From positions 1 to 32,266 of the forward strand of contig JAISQX010000058.1 in assembly GCA_031273965.1 (NCBI GenBank): a stretch of DNA of 32,266 nucleotides, written 5' to 3'. This DNA is from Clostridiales bacterium (lineage in GTDB: Bacteria; Bacillota; Clostridia; Christensenellales; JAISNN01). The notes below the pieces were generated by a model. It saw only the letters and a list, made by a program, of their open reading frames with translations. It was not told the origin of the DNA and ran no database searches. Position 1 is the first letter of the stretch. Each line of letters begins with the position of its first letter. This document shows positions 1 through 8,566 of the stretch, piece by piece. Made by a program: the position numbers and the translations under genes.

Positions 1-276
1 GTAATGAATGTGGAGGTGACGACGCCCGACGAATATTACGGCGACGTAATGGGAAGCATAACGGGGCGGCGCGGCTCGATAAAAGGCTTTGAGCTTAGAA
101 ACGGCGTACAGGTTATAGAGTCTGAGGTTCCGCTTTCCGAAATGTTCGGATATGCTACGGCGCTTCGTTCATTGACCCAAGGCAGAGCGAATTTTACAAT
201 GCTTTTTTCGCATTATAGCCCCGTGCCGAAGAGCGTAAGCGAGCAAATTTTGAGTAAAGGCAAGACAAACAACTAA
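1..276 (+). CDS. fusA: Elongation factor G, C-terminal fragment (5' end lies outside the window)
   Basis: Frame 1 is open from base 1 to the TAA at 274-276. The translation (..[26 protein letters not shown]..) matches the EF-G C-terminal domain. It sits directly upstream of tuf, as in the str operon. Confidence 0.9.
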   Translation, partial: VMNVEVTTPDEYYGDVMGSITGRRGSIKGFELRNGVQVIESEVPLSEMFGYATALRSLTQGRANFTMLFSHYSPVPKSVSEQILSKGKTNN

Positions 277-397
277 AAAAATGGCATATAAACGTCAAAA
301 TAAAGAAAATATGCCAAAAATGTAGCATAAAACAGTAGAAAATTTTTTAAAAATATATTATAATAATGTATGTTCACTGATTAGGAGGGAAATAAAA

Positions 398-1603
398 ATG
401 GCAAAAGCAAAATTTGAGAGAGATAAGGTACACGTTAATATCGGTACTATAGGTCACGTTGACCACGGTAAAACTACACTTACCGCCGCTATTACTATGT
501 ACAGCGCTTCCAAAGGCATGGCGAAAGTCATGAAATATGACGAAATCGACAAGGCTCCGGAAGAAAAGGAAAGAGGTATTACCATAAATACCGCGCACGT
601 AGAGTATCAGACGGCAAAAAGACACTATGCGCACGTCGACTGTCCGGGACACGCGGACTATGTAAAAAACATGATAACCGGTGCGGCGCAGATGGACGGA
701 GCTATCCTCGTCGTTTCGGCGGCGGACGGTCCGATGCCCCAAACGAGAGAACATATCCTTTTGGCGCGCCAAGTAGGCGTTCCCTACATCATCGTATTCC
801 TTAATAAGGTTGACCAAGTAGACGATCCCGAGCTTCTTGAGCTTGTGGAATTGGAAGTTAGAGATCTTCTTTCGCAATATAAATTCCCGGGAGACAAGAC
901 TCCAATCATAAAGGGTTCGGCGCTTAAAGCAAGCGAAGCTTGTTTGGCGGGAGATTTTAACAACCAATGGACTCAGTCGCTTCAGGAACTTTTGGATGCG
1001 GTAGATTCCTATATACCCGATCCGGCACGTGAAACGGATAAGCCGTTCCTTATGCCTGTCGAGGATACCATGACTATTACGGGACGCGGAACCGTCGCGA
1101 CGGGAAGAGTTGAGAGAGGCACCGTAAAACTTTCTGACAAAGTCGAAATCGTAGGTTTCGCCGATAAGCCGAGAGAGACCACAATTACCGGTATCGAGAT
1201 GTTTAGGAAGCTTTTGGACGCGGCGATTGCCGGCGACAATATCGGAGCGCTCTTGCGTGGTATCGAGAGAAAGGACATTGAGAGAGGTCAGGTTCTCGCT
1301 AAGCCGGGAAGCATAAAGCCGCATACTCATTTCACTTCGCAGGTTTATATCTTGACGAAGGACGAGGGCGGAAGGCACACCCCGTTTTTTGACGGATATC
1401 GTCCGCAATTCTATTTTAGAACGACGGACGTTACGGGAAGCATCAAACTTCCGGACGGAGTAGAGATGGTTATGCCGGGCGATAACATCAATATGGACAT
1501 AAAGCTCATCACTCCGATAGCTATCGAAGAAGGTCTTCGCTTCGCTATCCGTGAAGGCGGCAGAACCGTCGGATCGGGCGTAGTAGCCAAGGTTCTGGAA
1601 TAA
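398..1603 (+). CDS. tuf: Elongation factor Tu
   Basis: 401-aa ORF with AGGAGG at 383-388, 9 nt before the ATG. It carries the GTPase motifs [14 protein letters not shown] and NKVD and is EF-Tu-like over its full length. Confidence 0.98.
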   Translation: MAKAKFERDKVHVNIGTIGHVDHGKTTLTAAITMYSASKGMAKVMKYDEIDKAPEEKERGITINTAHVEYQTAKRHYAHVDCPGHADYVKNMITGAAQMDGAILVVSAADGPMPQTREHILLARQVGVPYIIVFLNKVDQVDDPELLELVELEVRDLLSQYKFPGDKTPIIKGSALKASEACLAGDFNNQWTQSLQELLDAVDSYIPDPARETDKPFLMPVEDTMTITGRGTVATGRVERGTVKLSDKVEIVGFADKPRETTITGIEMFRKLLDAAIAGDNIGALLRGIERKDIERGQVLAKPGSIKPHTHFTSQVYILTKDEGGRHTPFFDGYRPQFYFRTTDVTGSIKLPDGVEMVMPGDNINMDIKLITPIAIEEGLRFAIREGGRTVGSGVVAKVLE

Positions 1604-1642
1604 TATTTTTTTAAAAAAAGAATAATTGAATATTTTTAGTAT

Positions 1643-1681
1643 CGGGGCTTACAAAAAAAAATTGTAAGCCCCGTTTTTTTC
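1643..1681 (+). terminator. Intrinsic terminator after tuf (also lies 3' of the convergent small ORF)
   Basis: 12-bp stem CGGGGCTTACAA (1643-1654) / TTGTAAGCCCCG (1662-1673) with an A7 loop, followed by T7 (1674-1680). In the minus direction there is no U-run after the hairpin. Confidence 0.85.
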
Positions 1682-1684
1682 GGG

Positions 1685-1822
1685 CTAAAAATTACGCCCT
1701 TGTTTCTCCTTTAAAAATTTACAGCCGTCGCATTTTAGACACGCTTTGGGCGCTTGATTGTTTTCGGTAAATTGCTTCGTGCCGCAATTAGCGCAAGTAT
1801 AAGCAGTGGTTTGGGTTCTCAT
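1685..1822 (-). CDS. 45-aa zinc-ribbon protein (CxxC...CxxC), unlisted in the ORF track
   Basis: My translation of the minus strand is MRTQTTAYTCANCGTKQFTENNQAPKACLKCDGCKFLKEKQGRNF, with ATG at 1822-1820 and TAG at 1687-1685. AAGGAG lies 11 nt upstream of the ATG. The ORF ends 4 nt from the tuf terminator hairpin. Confidence 0.6.
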   Translation of the reverse strand: MRTQTTAYTCANCGTKQFTENNQAPKACLKCDGCKFLKEKQGRNF

Positions 1823-1977
1823 ATTTTATCTGTCTCCTTAATGGTTTTTATATATAATATTTTGGGCTATAAAATTTTTTTTAAACCTGCTTTTATCTAT
1901 CGAATATCTTTAAATTAATTCAAAATTTTCCGAGCAAAAAAGGAAATAAACATTAATCGTTTTTTAGAAAATAGATA

Positions 1978-2006
1978 TTGACAAACGGACTAAACGTGGA
2001 CATAAT
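1978..2006 (+). promoter_or_regulatory. Sigma-A type promoter (TTGACA-17 nt-CATAAT)
   Basis: -35 TTGACA at 1978-1983, 17-nt spacer, -10 CATAAT at 2001-2006. It lies upstream of a 13-codon mini-ORF and the 2232 gene. Confidence 0.5.
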
Positions 2007-2152
2007 GAGAACAAGCACAGAAATCCAAAATCAGAAGGATATTTTATGATAAAAAAGAACAAGGCAATTTTGTTTATTATAATGTAAAAAGAAGCCGCAA
2101 TAGTTTTTTTACGCGCAAACTCCGATAAGATAAAATATTTTCAAATTAAATC

Positions 2153-2181
2153 TTGCATTTTTACATGAAATATTGTATAAT
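2153..2181 (+). promoter_or_regulatory. Sigma-A type promoter (TTGCAT-17 nt-TATAAT)
   Basis: -35 TTGCAT at 2153-2158, 17-nt spacer, -10 TATAAT at 2176-2181, about 50 nt upstream of the ATG at 2232. Confidence 0.6.
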
Positions 2182-2231
2182 GATTGTGTAAAAGCGCTTT
2201 TATCGACGCGCTGAAAAAAATCGGAGGGTGT

Positions 2232-2726
2232 ATGAGACCAAAACCCAATGCGGAGTATGCCGACATTTATTATAACAGGCACATTCTTGGAGAAAAATCT
2301 TATGTATCGTTTTGCATACAATTGTGCATTTTTTTGGGCGGAGGAGCGCTTGCCGCGATAGGCATAATGCCTATTTTGAGCGGTCAGCCCTTACAAATCG
2401 GAGGGATAATCATGGCGGCGGCGGGAGGAATTCCCGCGATAACGGCGCTTGTTCGGGGAATAATATGGATATTTTATCCGAGGACGCTTATAGCCGTAGA
2501 GCCGGGAAAGGTGATACTCTTCCCGCGAAATAAAAAAGGGCGCGAATTGATAATTCCGCTGTCCGATATAATAAAAATACGCTTAAACGACTGGTGGAGT
2601 CCTTGCTTCGCTTATAATAACTACAGTATAACGCTTTTTTTTAGGCACGACAGCCCTATAAAGATAAAGTACGTAAAGGCTTCCCCGCATGTGGTATCTC
2701 AGCTTAAACATTTAAAGCATTCTTAA
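2232..2726 (+). CDS. Hypothetical two-TM membrane protein with a C-terminal soluble domain
   Basis: The ORF-track ORF 2184-2726 starts at a TTG. I prefer the internal ATG at 2232, preceded by GGAGGG (2223-2228). There are two hydrophobic helices (FCIQLCIFLGGGALAAIGIMPIL; IGGIIMAAAGGIPAITALV). I recognise no family. Confidence 0.7.
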   Translation: MRPKPNAEYADIYYNRHILGEKSYVSFCIQLCIFLGGGALAAIGIMPILSGQPLQIGGIIMAAAGGIPAITALVRGIIWIFYPRTLIAVEPGKVILFPRNKKGRELIIPLSDIIKIRLNDWWSPCFAYNNYSITLFFRHDSPIKIKYVKASPHVVSQLKHLKHS

Positions 2727-2733
2727 ACGTAAA

Positions 2734-2764
2734 GACTCGCGCTTGAGCGCGGGTCTTTTTTTTT
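2734..2764 (+). terminator. Intrinsic terminator
   Basis: 9-bp stem 2734-2742 / 2747-2755 (one G-U pair) with loop TTGA, followed by T9 (2756-2764). Confidence 0.85.
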
Positions 2765-2930
2765 ACGGCTTAATCGGTATACGATTAAAATACGAGAATA
2801 AGCTCGCTCTTAACGTCCGCAGGCAGGTCGATGAGGTATAAGTAATTCTAACTTTATACTCAAAGAAGTAAATTTTATCAAAAAGAGAAAAGTAAATTTT
2901 TTTAAAATTAAGAGAAATTTTCAAAAAGTA

Positions 2931-2958
2931 TTGACAAACCGAAAATAAGTGATATAAT
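2931..2958 (+). promoter_or_regulatory. Sigma-A promoter with extended -10 (TTGACA-16 nt-TGaTATAAT)
   Basis: TTGACA at 2931-2936, TG at 2950-2951, TATAAT at 2953-2958, about 60 nt upstream of the lipoprotein gene. Confidence 0.75.
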
Positions 2959-3020
2959 GAAGATAAGCTTGAATATTTCTAAATATCAAACAAATTCATG
3001 TAAAGAGGAGTAAAAAAATT

Positions 3021-3911
3021 ATGAAAAAAAGAGCAAGTTTCAAAAAAATGTTAGCGATGGCGGCGGTTATGGCGCTATTAGCGACGATGACGTTCACTCT
3101 GGCGGGTTGTCTTCTTGGAGGAGAGAGAAGAGGTGAGAGCATAGATGATTTTTGGTATGCTACGGTTGTAAAAGACAGCGGAGGCGATTACGTCAGAATA
3201 TGGGGATTGACGGAAAACGGTGTAAAGTTAAGCGAAACACAAACGGAAGCGGTAATTCCGGAAACAATCGGCGGATATCCGGTTAAGTATTTAAAAGGGG
3301 CACATTATATCCTCTTTGGAAAGCCTAACGATAGTCCTGCTGAGTTGGGACAGTTAAAGCGTATAATTATAGAGCCATGTGTAAAAATCGGGAGAAATTT
3401 TTTTGAAACTAGTATTTTGGATGTCCTTGAGTTTAAAAGTGAAGAAGAATATGAGATTGATCATATTTGGGGAGAATATGGGAGATATATTATCATGATA
3501 GTACCTGATAATATAGATAGCAGTTATACAAATGACCATAGAATGACTTTTAAAAAATCTGAAACGCTCAATGGATATCTTGTACGGGAAAATATATTTT
3601 GCGGATATATAGGTACGGAGGGCAATATAGTCATACCCGAAGGCGTAACGGATATCGCTGCCGCCGATGTAGGGGATTATAATATGAGTTTTTTTGATGC
3701 TTTTGTGGACTATCCGATAGAAAGCATACACTTTCCCACGACGGTAACGAGGATTTCAAAGAGCAACATCTTCTCTTCTTTTTCAACGAGTTACGATGTG
3801 CAATATGAATATGAAAAAAAATATGCGTCATTGACGAAAGTGTATGTATCAAGTAATACCGTTATAGAAGAAGGGGCGTTTATGCCCGATGTAGAGATAG
3901 AAATATATTAA
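3021..3911 (+). CDS. Putative lipoprotein with BspA-like leucine-rich-repeat (LRR_5-type) segments
   Basis: GAGGAG lies upstream. The signal peptide ends in the lipobox LAGC. Segments such as VIPETIGGYPVKYL, NIVIPEGVTDIAA, IESIHFPTTVTRI and VSSNTVIEEGAF resemble LRR_5 repeats. The family call comes from motifs only. Confidence 0.8.
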   Translation: MKKRASFKKMLAMAAVMALLATMTFTLAGCLLGGERRGESIDDFWYATVVKDSGGDYVRIWGLTENGVKLSETQTEAVIPETIGGYPVKYLKGAHYILFGKPNDSPAELGQLKRIIIEPCVKIGRNFFETSILDVLEFKSEEEYEIDHIWGEYGRYIIMIVPDNIDSSYTNDHRMTFKKSETLNGYLVRENIFCGYIGTEGNIVIPEGVTDIAAADVGDYNMSFFDAFVDYPIESIHFPTTVTRISKSNIFSSFSTSYDVQYEYEKKYASLTKVYVSSNTVIEEGAFMPDVEIEIY

Positions 3912-4268
3912 AAAAATATGGAATAATAAGAGGTTCTATGAGAGCATACGCAACAAGTAGTCCCGATAAGGGACGGAATAACAAAAGAGGACATTGTGCG
4001 ACTTGCGTTGCCGCGAGCAACTATTCTAAATAAAAACAGGAGGAATCCGTTGTCAATACTACCATAAATCCCGGGGCGCTAAACGATAATCATAGACACG
4101 GGTTTTTGAATATGCTCAAACATAATCAGAAACAATACGTGGGCAACGGCACTTACGGGTGTTACGGAAAAATGATGGGAAGCTGTAGTATATATAACGT
4201 AGATAATATTTTATAGCGCCGTTTATTTATTACGGTAACTTGATTAAATAACGATTTATCGTAAGCTT

Positions 4269-4304
4269 TTGCCCTTGTCAAACGACAAGGGCAATTTGTT
4301 TTTT
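4269..4304 (+). terminator. Intrinsic terminator
   Basis: 11-bp stem TTGCCCTTGTC (4269-4279) / GACAAGGGCAA (4284-4294) with loop AAAC, then TTTGTTTTTT. Confidence 0.85.
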
Positions 4305-4553
4305 AATTTAGAAAAAATGAATTTCAAAGAAAAAAATTCGAAGAACAAATCGGCGTTATAGGCTTTGCGCGCCAGAAAAATAAGCCTCTATTATAGAGGA
4401 TAGAAGCGTTTTTTGTCATTGTTTCTTTTGAGCTTTCGATTGATTGGAATACGAAAAAATTTTTTTCGAACGTGAACTCCGGCGACGCGTTTTAAGGACT
4501 TGCACATTTTATGCGTAAGCCGGTAGGCATTTTTAAGCATATGTTAAAAAAGA

Positions 4554-4582
4554 TTGAAAAATTAATTTATTTGTGGTATAAT
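4554..4582 (+). promoter_or_regulatory. Sigma-A promoter with extended -10 (TTGAAA-17 nt-TGgTATAAT) abutting the recF start codon
   Basis: TTGAAA at 4554-4559, TG at 4574-4575, TATAAT at 4577-4582. The recF ATG is 10 nt downstream of the -10 box. Confidence 0.65.
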
Positions 4583-4591
4583 AAAAAAAAT

Positions 4592-5689
4592 ATGTACATT
4601 GATACGCTCAAACTAAAGGACTTCCGCAATTACGCGACGGAGAGCGCGGGATTTTTATGCGGGCTGAATATTTTGAAAGGCGCGAACGCGAGCGGAAAAA
4701 CAAATCTGCTTGAAGCGGTCTATGCCGCGGGCGTGGGCAGATCGCTTCGTACGAGTCAGGATAAAGAAATGGTCAAGTGGGATGCGGAAGAGGCTGTTAT
4801 CAAGCTTTTGCTTGTCAAAAAGCACGCTAAACACGATATAGAGGTAAGAATAGACGCCAAAGGTAAAAAGAGAGTCATAATAGACGGCATTGCCCAAGTC
4901 AGAATCGCCGAGCTTCTCGGATATCTGAATATCGTCTTTTTTTCTCCGGACGAATTGAGTCTTATAAAGGCGGGACCTATGGAACGCCGTAGGTTTATGG
5001 ATATCAGTCTGTGTCAGCAGAGTAAGCCGTATTTGCGAAGCCTCTCCGCGTATAACAAAGCCTTGTTGCAACGCAATAAGCTTTTGAAAATGAGATATAA
5101 TAAGCAGACTCTTTACGATATGTTGGATGTTTTTGACGTTCAGTTGTCAAAAACGGGAACCGCGATTATAGATATCAGGCGGCGTTTCGTATCGAATATG
5201 AAAAAAACCGCCATGGAGTGGCACGGCAAAATCAGCGGAGGAACCGAAACGCTTTCGTTGGCTTATGAAACGTTGAACGGAAGCGAAGGCCTTGTGCCCG
5301 AAGAAATCGCCGCGCTTTTTATAAAAAAATATGCGGACGACCGCGAAAAGGACATAGAAACCGAGTTTACAAACAGCGGTCCGCATAGAGATGACTTAAA
5401 GGTTTCGGTAAACGGAACGGACATGAGAAAATTCGGTTCTCAGGGACAACAGCGTTCTGCGGCGTTATCCTTAAAGCTTGCGGAGATAGAGAGCTTTAGG
5501 ATAGAAACGGGAGAAACGCCGGTGCTTTTACTTGACGACGTGTTGTCGGAGTTAGACCTTGACAGGCAACGAAACCTTGTGGAGGCGACGCGCGGAATCC
5601 AAACTATATTGACCTGTACGCATTTTGATATAGATACGGACTTGTTAAAAAAACAATTTGAGATAAGCGGCGGAATGATAAAGAGATAG
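4592..5689 (+). CDS. recF: DNA replication and repair protein RecF
   Basis: MYIDTLKLKDFRNY is a typical RecF N-terminus. The protein has Walker A GANASGKTNLLEA, signature SQGQQRS and Walker B VLLLDDV. The ORF-track start at 4511 would add 27 atypical residues. The start is therefore uncertain by 81 nt. Confidence 0.9.
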   Translation: MYIDTLKLKDFRNYATESAGFLCGLNILKGANASGKTNLLEAVYAAGVGRSLRTSQDKEMVKWDAEEAVIKLLLVKKHAKHDIEVRIDAKGKKRVIIDGIAQVRIAELLGYLNIVFFSPDELSLIKAGPMERRRFMDISLCQQSKPYLRSLSAYNKALLQRNKLLKMRYNKQTLYDMLDVFDVQLSKTGTAIIDIRRRFVSNMKKTAMEWHGKISGGTETLSLAYETLNGSEGLVPEEIAALFIKKYADDREKDIETEFTNSGPHRDDLKVSVNGTDMRKFGSQGQQRSAALSLKLAEIESFRIETGETPVLLLDDVLSELDLDRQRNLVEATRGIQTILTCTHFDIDTDLLKKQFEISGGMIKR

Positions 5690-5948
5690 TAGCGGGCGGA
5701 AATCCCAATGAATATGATTGAGAAAGGTGGCTTTTTGCATTATTCGTATTAATTGCGGCGGAGTATGCCGCGATATCCATACCGCTTGCGAAGAGAGAAG
5801 CCATAATTACGCTGTAAGCAGTATCAAAAATACGGCGCGCTAAAATAAAATAACGTAAACGAGTAATCGAAGCGATTATTTACTCATAATAAATAAGAAG
5901 TGCCCATAAAGCATATGATTAGTAAAATACGATTTAGGAGGTAAAATT

Positions 5949-6911
5949 ATGCCAAAAGGATTTAGCGGCGGCGGGCCCAAGGGGTTTAGCGGCGGCGGCG
6001 GCGGATTTTCGGGCGGTTCAAAAGGATTTTCGGGAGGCGGAAACAGACCGTCTCCGCATAGCTCACACGGGCCGAGACCGCCTGTTCATAGAGGCGGCGG
6101 CGGTAGCTTTTTGGGAGGCATGGTACTCGGACAAATGCTCGGACGATCGTCAAACGGCAGCAACGGCGACGGCAATAACGGCGATAATAACGAAAACGAT
6201 AATATGAACAAAGAGCCGGAAAAACCGACAAAAAAGAGGTGTAATTATTGCGGCACGGAAACGAAAATAGAAACCGAAAAATGCGAGAATTGCGGCTCGT
6301 CTGAATTTACCGTGATACAGCCCGAACCGGAAAGCGGTTCCGTGAAGTCCGCGCCTGTGAAATCACCGGAGGAAATCAAAGCCGAAGCCGAGAGGATAAA
6401 AAAATCCAATAGAACTAAGCTTTGGGTGACTTTGGCGGCTGTCGTGCTATTGATAGTTATTATCGTTGTTTCAACAAAAGCCTGCTCCGCCATAAATATC
6501 GATAAAAAATTTGAGGCGTATACGCCGGTACAAACGGCGTTTTTTCAGATGACGGTAACCGATATCCTGACAACAGAGGGGACGTTTGTGGACGAAACCG
6601 ATCCGTATAAACAGAGTTATTACGCCGCAAAAAACAATGTCTTGTATATAGTAACGGTTTTGATTTATAATAATACGTCATATAACGCTCCGTTTAGCGA
6701 TGAAGAGGATTTTATGTTATACTCCGAGTCTAAAAAAAGCAAGGGCGAGACAATATCGACAAACGAATATACGATAAACGCCGGGGAAAGCAGGTCTTGC
6801 GTAATAGTCTTTGAGATATCCAAAAGCAAAGCGAGCGAGCTGTATTTTATATATATCGAGTACGACCCAAACGGTTATGAGGGCGATACGTACGGAATAA
6901 GGTTAAATTAG
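5949..6911 (+). CDS. Membrane protein: Gly-rich N-terminus, zinc-ribbon, one TM helix, DUF4352-like extracellular domain
   Basis: AGGAGG lies 7 nt before the ATG. The N-terminus has a (K)GFSGGG motif four times. CNYCG..CENCG forms a zinc ribbon and LWVTLAAVVLLIVIIVVS is a TM helix. The DUF4352-like call for the beta-rich C-terminal domain is tentative. Confidence 0.85.
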   Translation: MPKGFSGGGPKGFSGGGGGFSGGSKGFSGGGNRPSPHSSHGPRPPVHRGGGGSFLGGMVLGQMLGRSSNGSNGDGNNGDNNENDNMNKEPEKPTKKRCNYCGTETKIETEKCENCGSSEFTVIQPEPESGSVKSAPVKSPEEIKAEAERIKKSNRTKLWVTLAAVVLLIVIIVVSTKACSAINIDKKFEAYTPVQTAFFQMTVTDILTTEGTFVDETDPYKQSYYAAKNNVLYIVTVLIYNNTSYNAPFSDEEDFMLYSESKKSKGETISTNEYTINAGESRSCVIVFEISKSKASELYFIYIEYDPNGYEGDTYGIRLN

Positions 6912-6913
6912 AG

Positions 6914-7456
6914 ATGAGAGTTATTCTTGCGTCCTCTTCGCCCAGAAGAGCGGCGTTGCTAAAAGAATTAATAGATGACTTTGAGATAATTCATCCTCTT
7001 TGCGAGGAGAATACGAAGGAGATTTTGCCCGATAAAGCCGCCATGGAATTGGCGGTAAAAAAGGCGGAGGAAGTATTTAAAAATATAGACGGGGATAGAA
7101 ATGCGGTAATAATAGCCTGCGACACTATAGTATGCTTTAACGGCGAAATTTTGAAAAAGCCGAAAAATTACGACGAGGCGTACGCGACATTAAAAAAACT
7201 GAACGCAAAGGAACATTGCGTTTATTCGGGAGTGTGCGTCATCGTCGGAGGGGAAAAAAGAGTTTTTTGCGATTGCTCCAAGGTGCTTTTTAAGCGCAAC
7301 AGTGAAGAGGAGATAAGGGGTTACATAGTTCGATACAAGCCGTTTGATAAGGCGGGAGCGTACGGGATACAAGACGACGCGCTCGTGGAACGCTGCGAAG
7401 GAAGCGTAAACAACGTTATCGGATTGCCTACGGAAAAACTTAAGTTATTTATATAA
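6914..7456 (+). CDS. maf: Maf-family nucleoside triphosphate pyrophosphatase
   Basis: It carries the Maf motifs LASSSPRR and GAYGIQD. The start is 2 nt after the preceding stop, which suggests translational coupling. Confidence 0.93.
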   Translation: MRVILASSSPRRAALLKELIDDFEIIHPLCEENTKEILPDKAAMELAVKKAEEVFKNIDGDRNAVIIACDTIVCFNGEILKKPKNYDEAYATLKKLNAKEHCVYSGVCVIVGGEKRVFCDCSKVLFKRNSEEEIRGYIVRYKPFDKAGAYGIQDDALVERCEGSVNNVIGLPTEKLKLFI

Positions 7457-7469
7457 AGCGAGGTATAGC

Positions 7470-8456
7470 ATGTCGATTGATTTGGTTATGGATTTGGGGT
7501 CGGAAAATGTCAAGATATATAAGTGCGGCGAAGGATTGGTGTTTAACGAGCCCGCGATAGCGCTGGTTGACAGGACGGCGGATAAGCTTTTGCTTGGAGA
7601 AACGGGATATAAAGCCAAAAAGATTGCCGCCGAGACGCTTGAGCGGTACACGCCCGTGCATCCAATAAAAAATGCCGTCATAACCGATCAGGAAGTGGCG
7701 GAGCTTATGTTATGCGATTTTTTGGAAAAAATCAACGTCAGACCCACAATGAAAGAAAGGCTGCGTATAATAGCTTTGACGGCGTGCGGACTTACTTTTA
7801 GCGACAGAAAGGTTTTTGCCGGAATTTTAAAAAATATCGGAGCGTCGCGCGTTTATATAGTCGACGGATTGTTTGCTCTGTATTCGTATTCGGAGGTGAG
7901 CCGCGGATTTTTTGTCGACGTGGGCGGCGCCGTTGCGAACGTTGCCTATATAACCGAAGGCGGTATAGTTTCCGGATGCCATGCCAATATAGCCGGCAAC
8001 GCCATGAATGAGGAGATCTGCAATATGGTTCATTCAAAGTATGCTTTGAGCATTGGCGGTCGCGCCGCCGAAAGATTAAAGCTGTCGTCCGGCGGATTGG
8101 AGCCGAACATAAAACAAAAATTTCCCGTGAGCGGAAAGGATATCGTTACGGGCGAGTTGAGAAGCGCCGAAATAGCCGGTTCGGATATAAGAAGCTGCAT
8201 AGTCGTAACCCTTGATAAACTTGTGTTGCTTATAAATTCCATGCTTTTTTCACTCCCCGAAAAAGACTATAATTTTATCTGTAAAAACGGTATATTTTTA
8301 TCGGGGGGAACGGCGAGACTTTTGGCTCTTCCGGAGTATCTTGCCGAACGCTTAAAACTCAAGATTTGCGTTGTCAAGGACTGCGAAGAAGCGGCGGTAA
8401 CCGGAGCCGCGCGCTTCTATGAAGAAAAGGGATTATTAAGTGATTTTACGGTATAG
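7470..8456 (+). CDS. mreB: MreB/Mbl-family actin-like protein, divergent paralogue
   Basis: It aligns by eye with MreB landmarks: DLGSENVKIY, EPAIAL, HPIKNAVITD, VDVGGAVANV, IAGNAMNEEI and FLSGGTARLL. A GAGG SD lies upstream. Confidence 0.8.
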   Translation: MSIDLVMDLGSENVKIYKCGEGLVFNEPAIALVDRTADKLLLGETGYKAKKIAAETLERYTPVHPIKNAVITDQEVAELMLCDFLEKINVRPTMKERLRIIALTACGLTFSDRKVFAGILKNIGASRVYIVDGLFALYSYSEVSRGFFVDVGGAVANVAYITEGGIVSGCHANIAGNAMNEEICNMVHSKYALSIGGRAAERLKLSSGGLEPNIKQKFPVSGKDIVTGELRSAEIAGSDIRSCIVVTLDKLVLLINSMLFSLPEKDYNFICKNGIFLSGGTARLLALPEYLAERLKLKICVVKDCEEAAVTGAARFYEEKGLLSDFTV

Positions 8457-8566
8457 CGAAGAGAGAGGATAGGGGGGATTCTATCAAAAATTTTCCGACT
8501 TAACGATAAATACATGAAATAAGAATAAAATTAAAATAAAAAATCTAAAAAAAAAGAGGTATAATT

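Noticed and set aside
374-1408. 344-aa minus-strand ORF (and the 89-aa ORF at 1009-1278) antisense to tuf
   Set aside because: It overlaps a certain, highly conserved EF-Tu gene. It has no SD and the translation is low-complexity. It is a typical shadow ORF.
4511-4591. N-terminal 27-aa extension of RecF as given in the ORF track
   Set aside because: The extension (MRKPVGIFKHMLKKIEKLIYLWYNKKN) is not RecF-like, and it contains a near-consensus promoter within it. The canonical RecF N-terminus begins at 4592. It is retained only as an alternative start.
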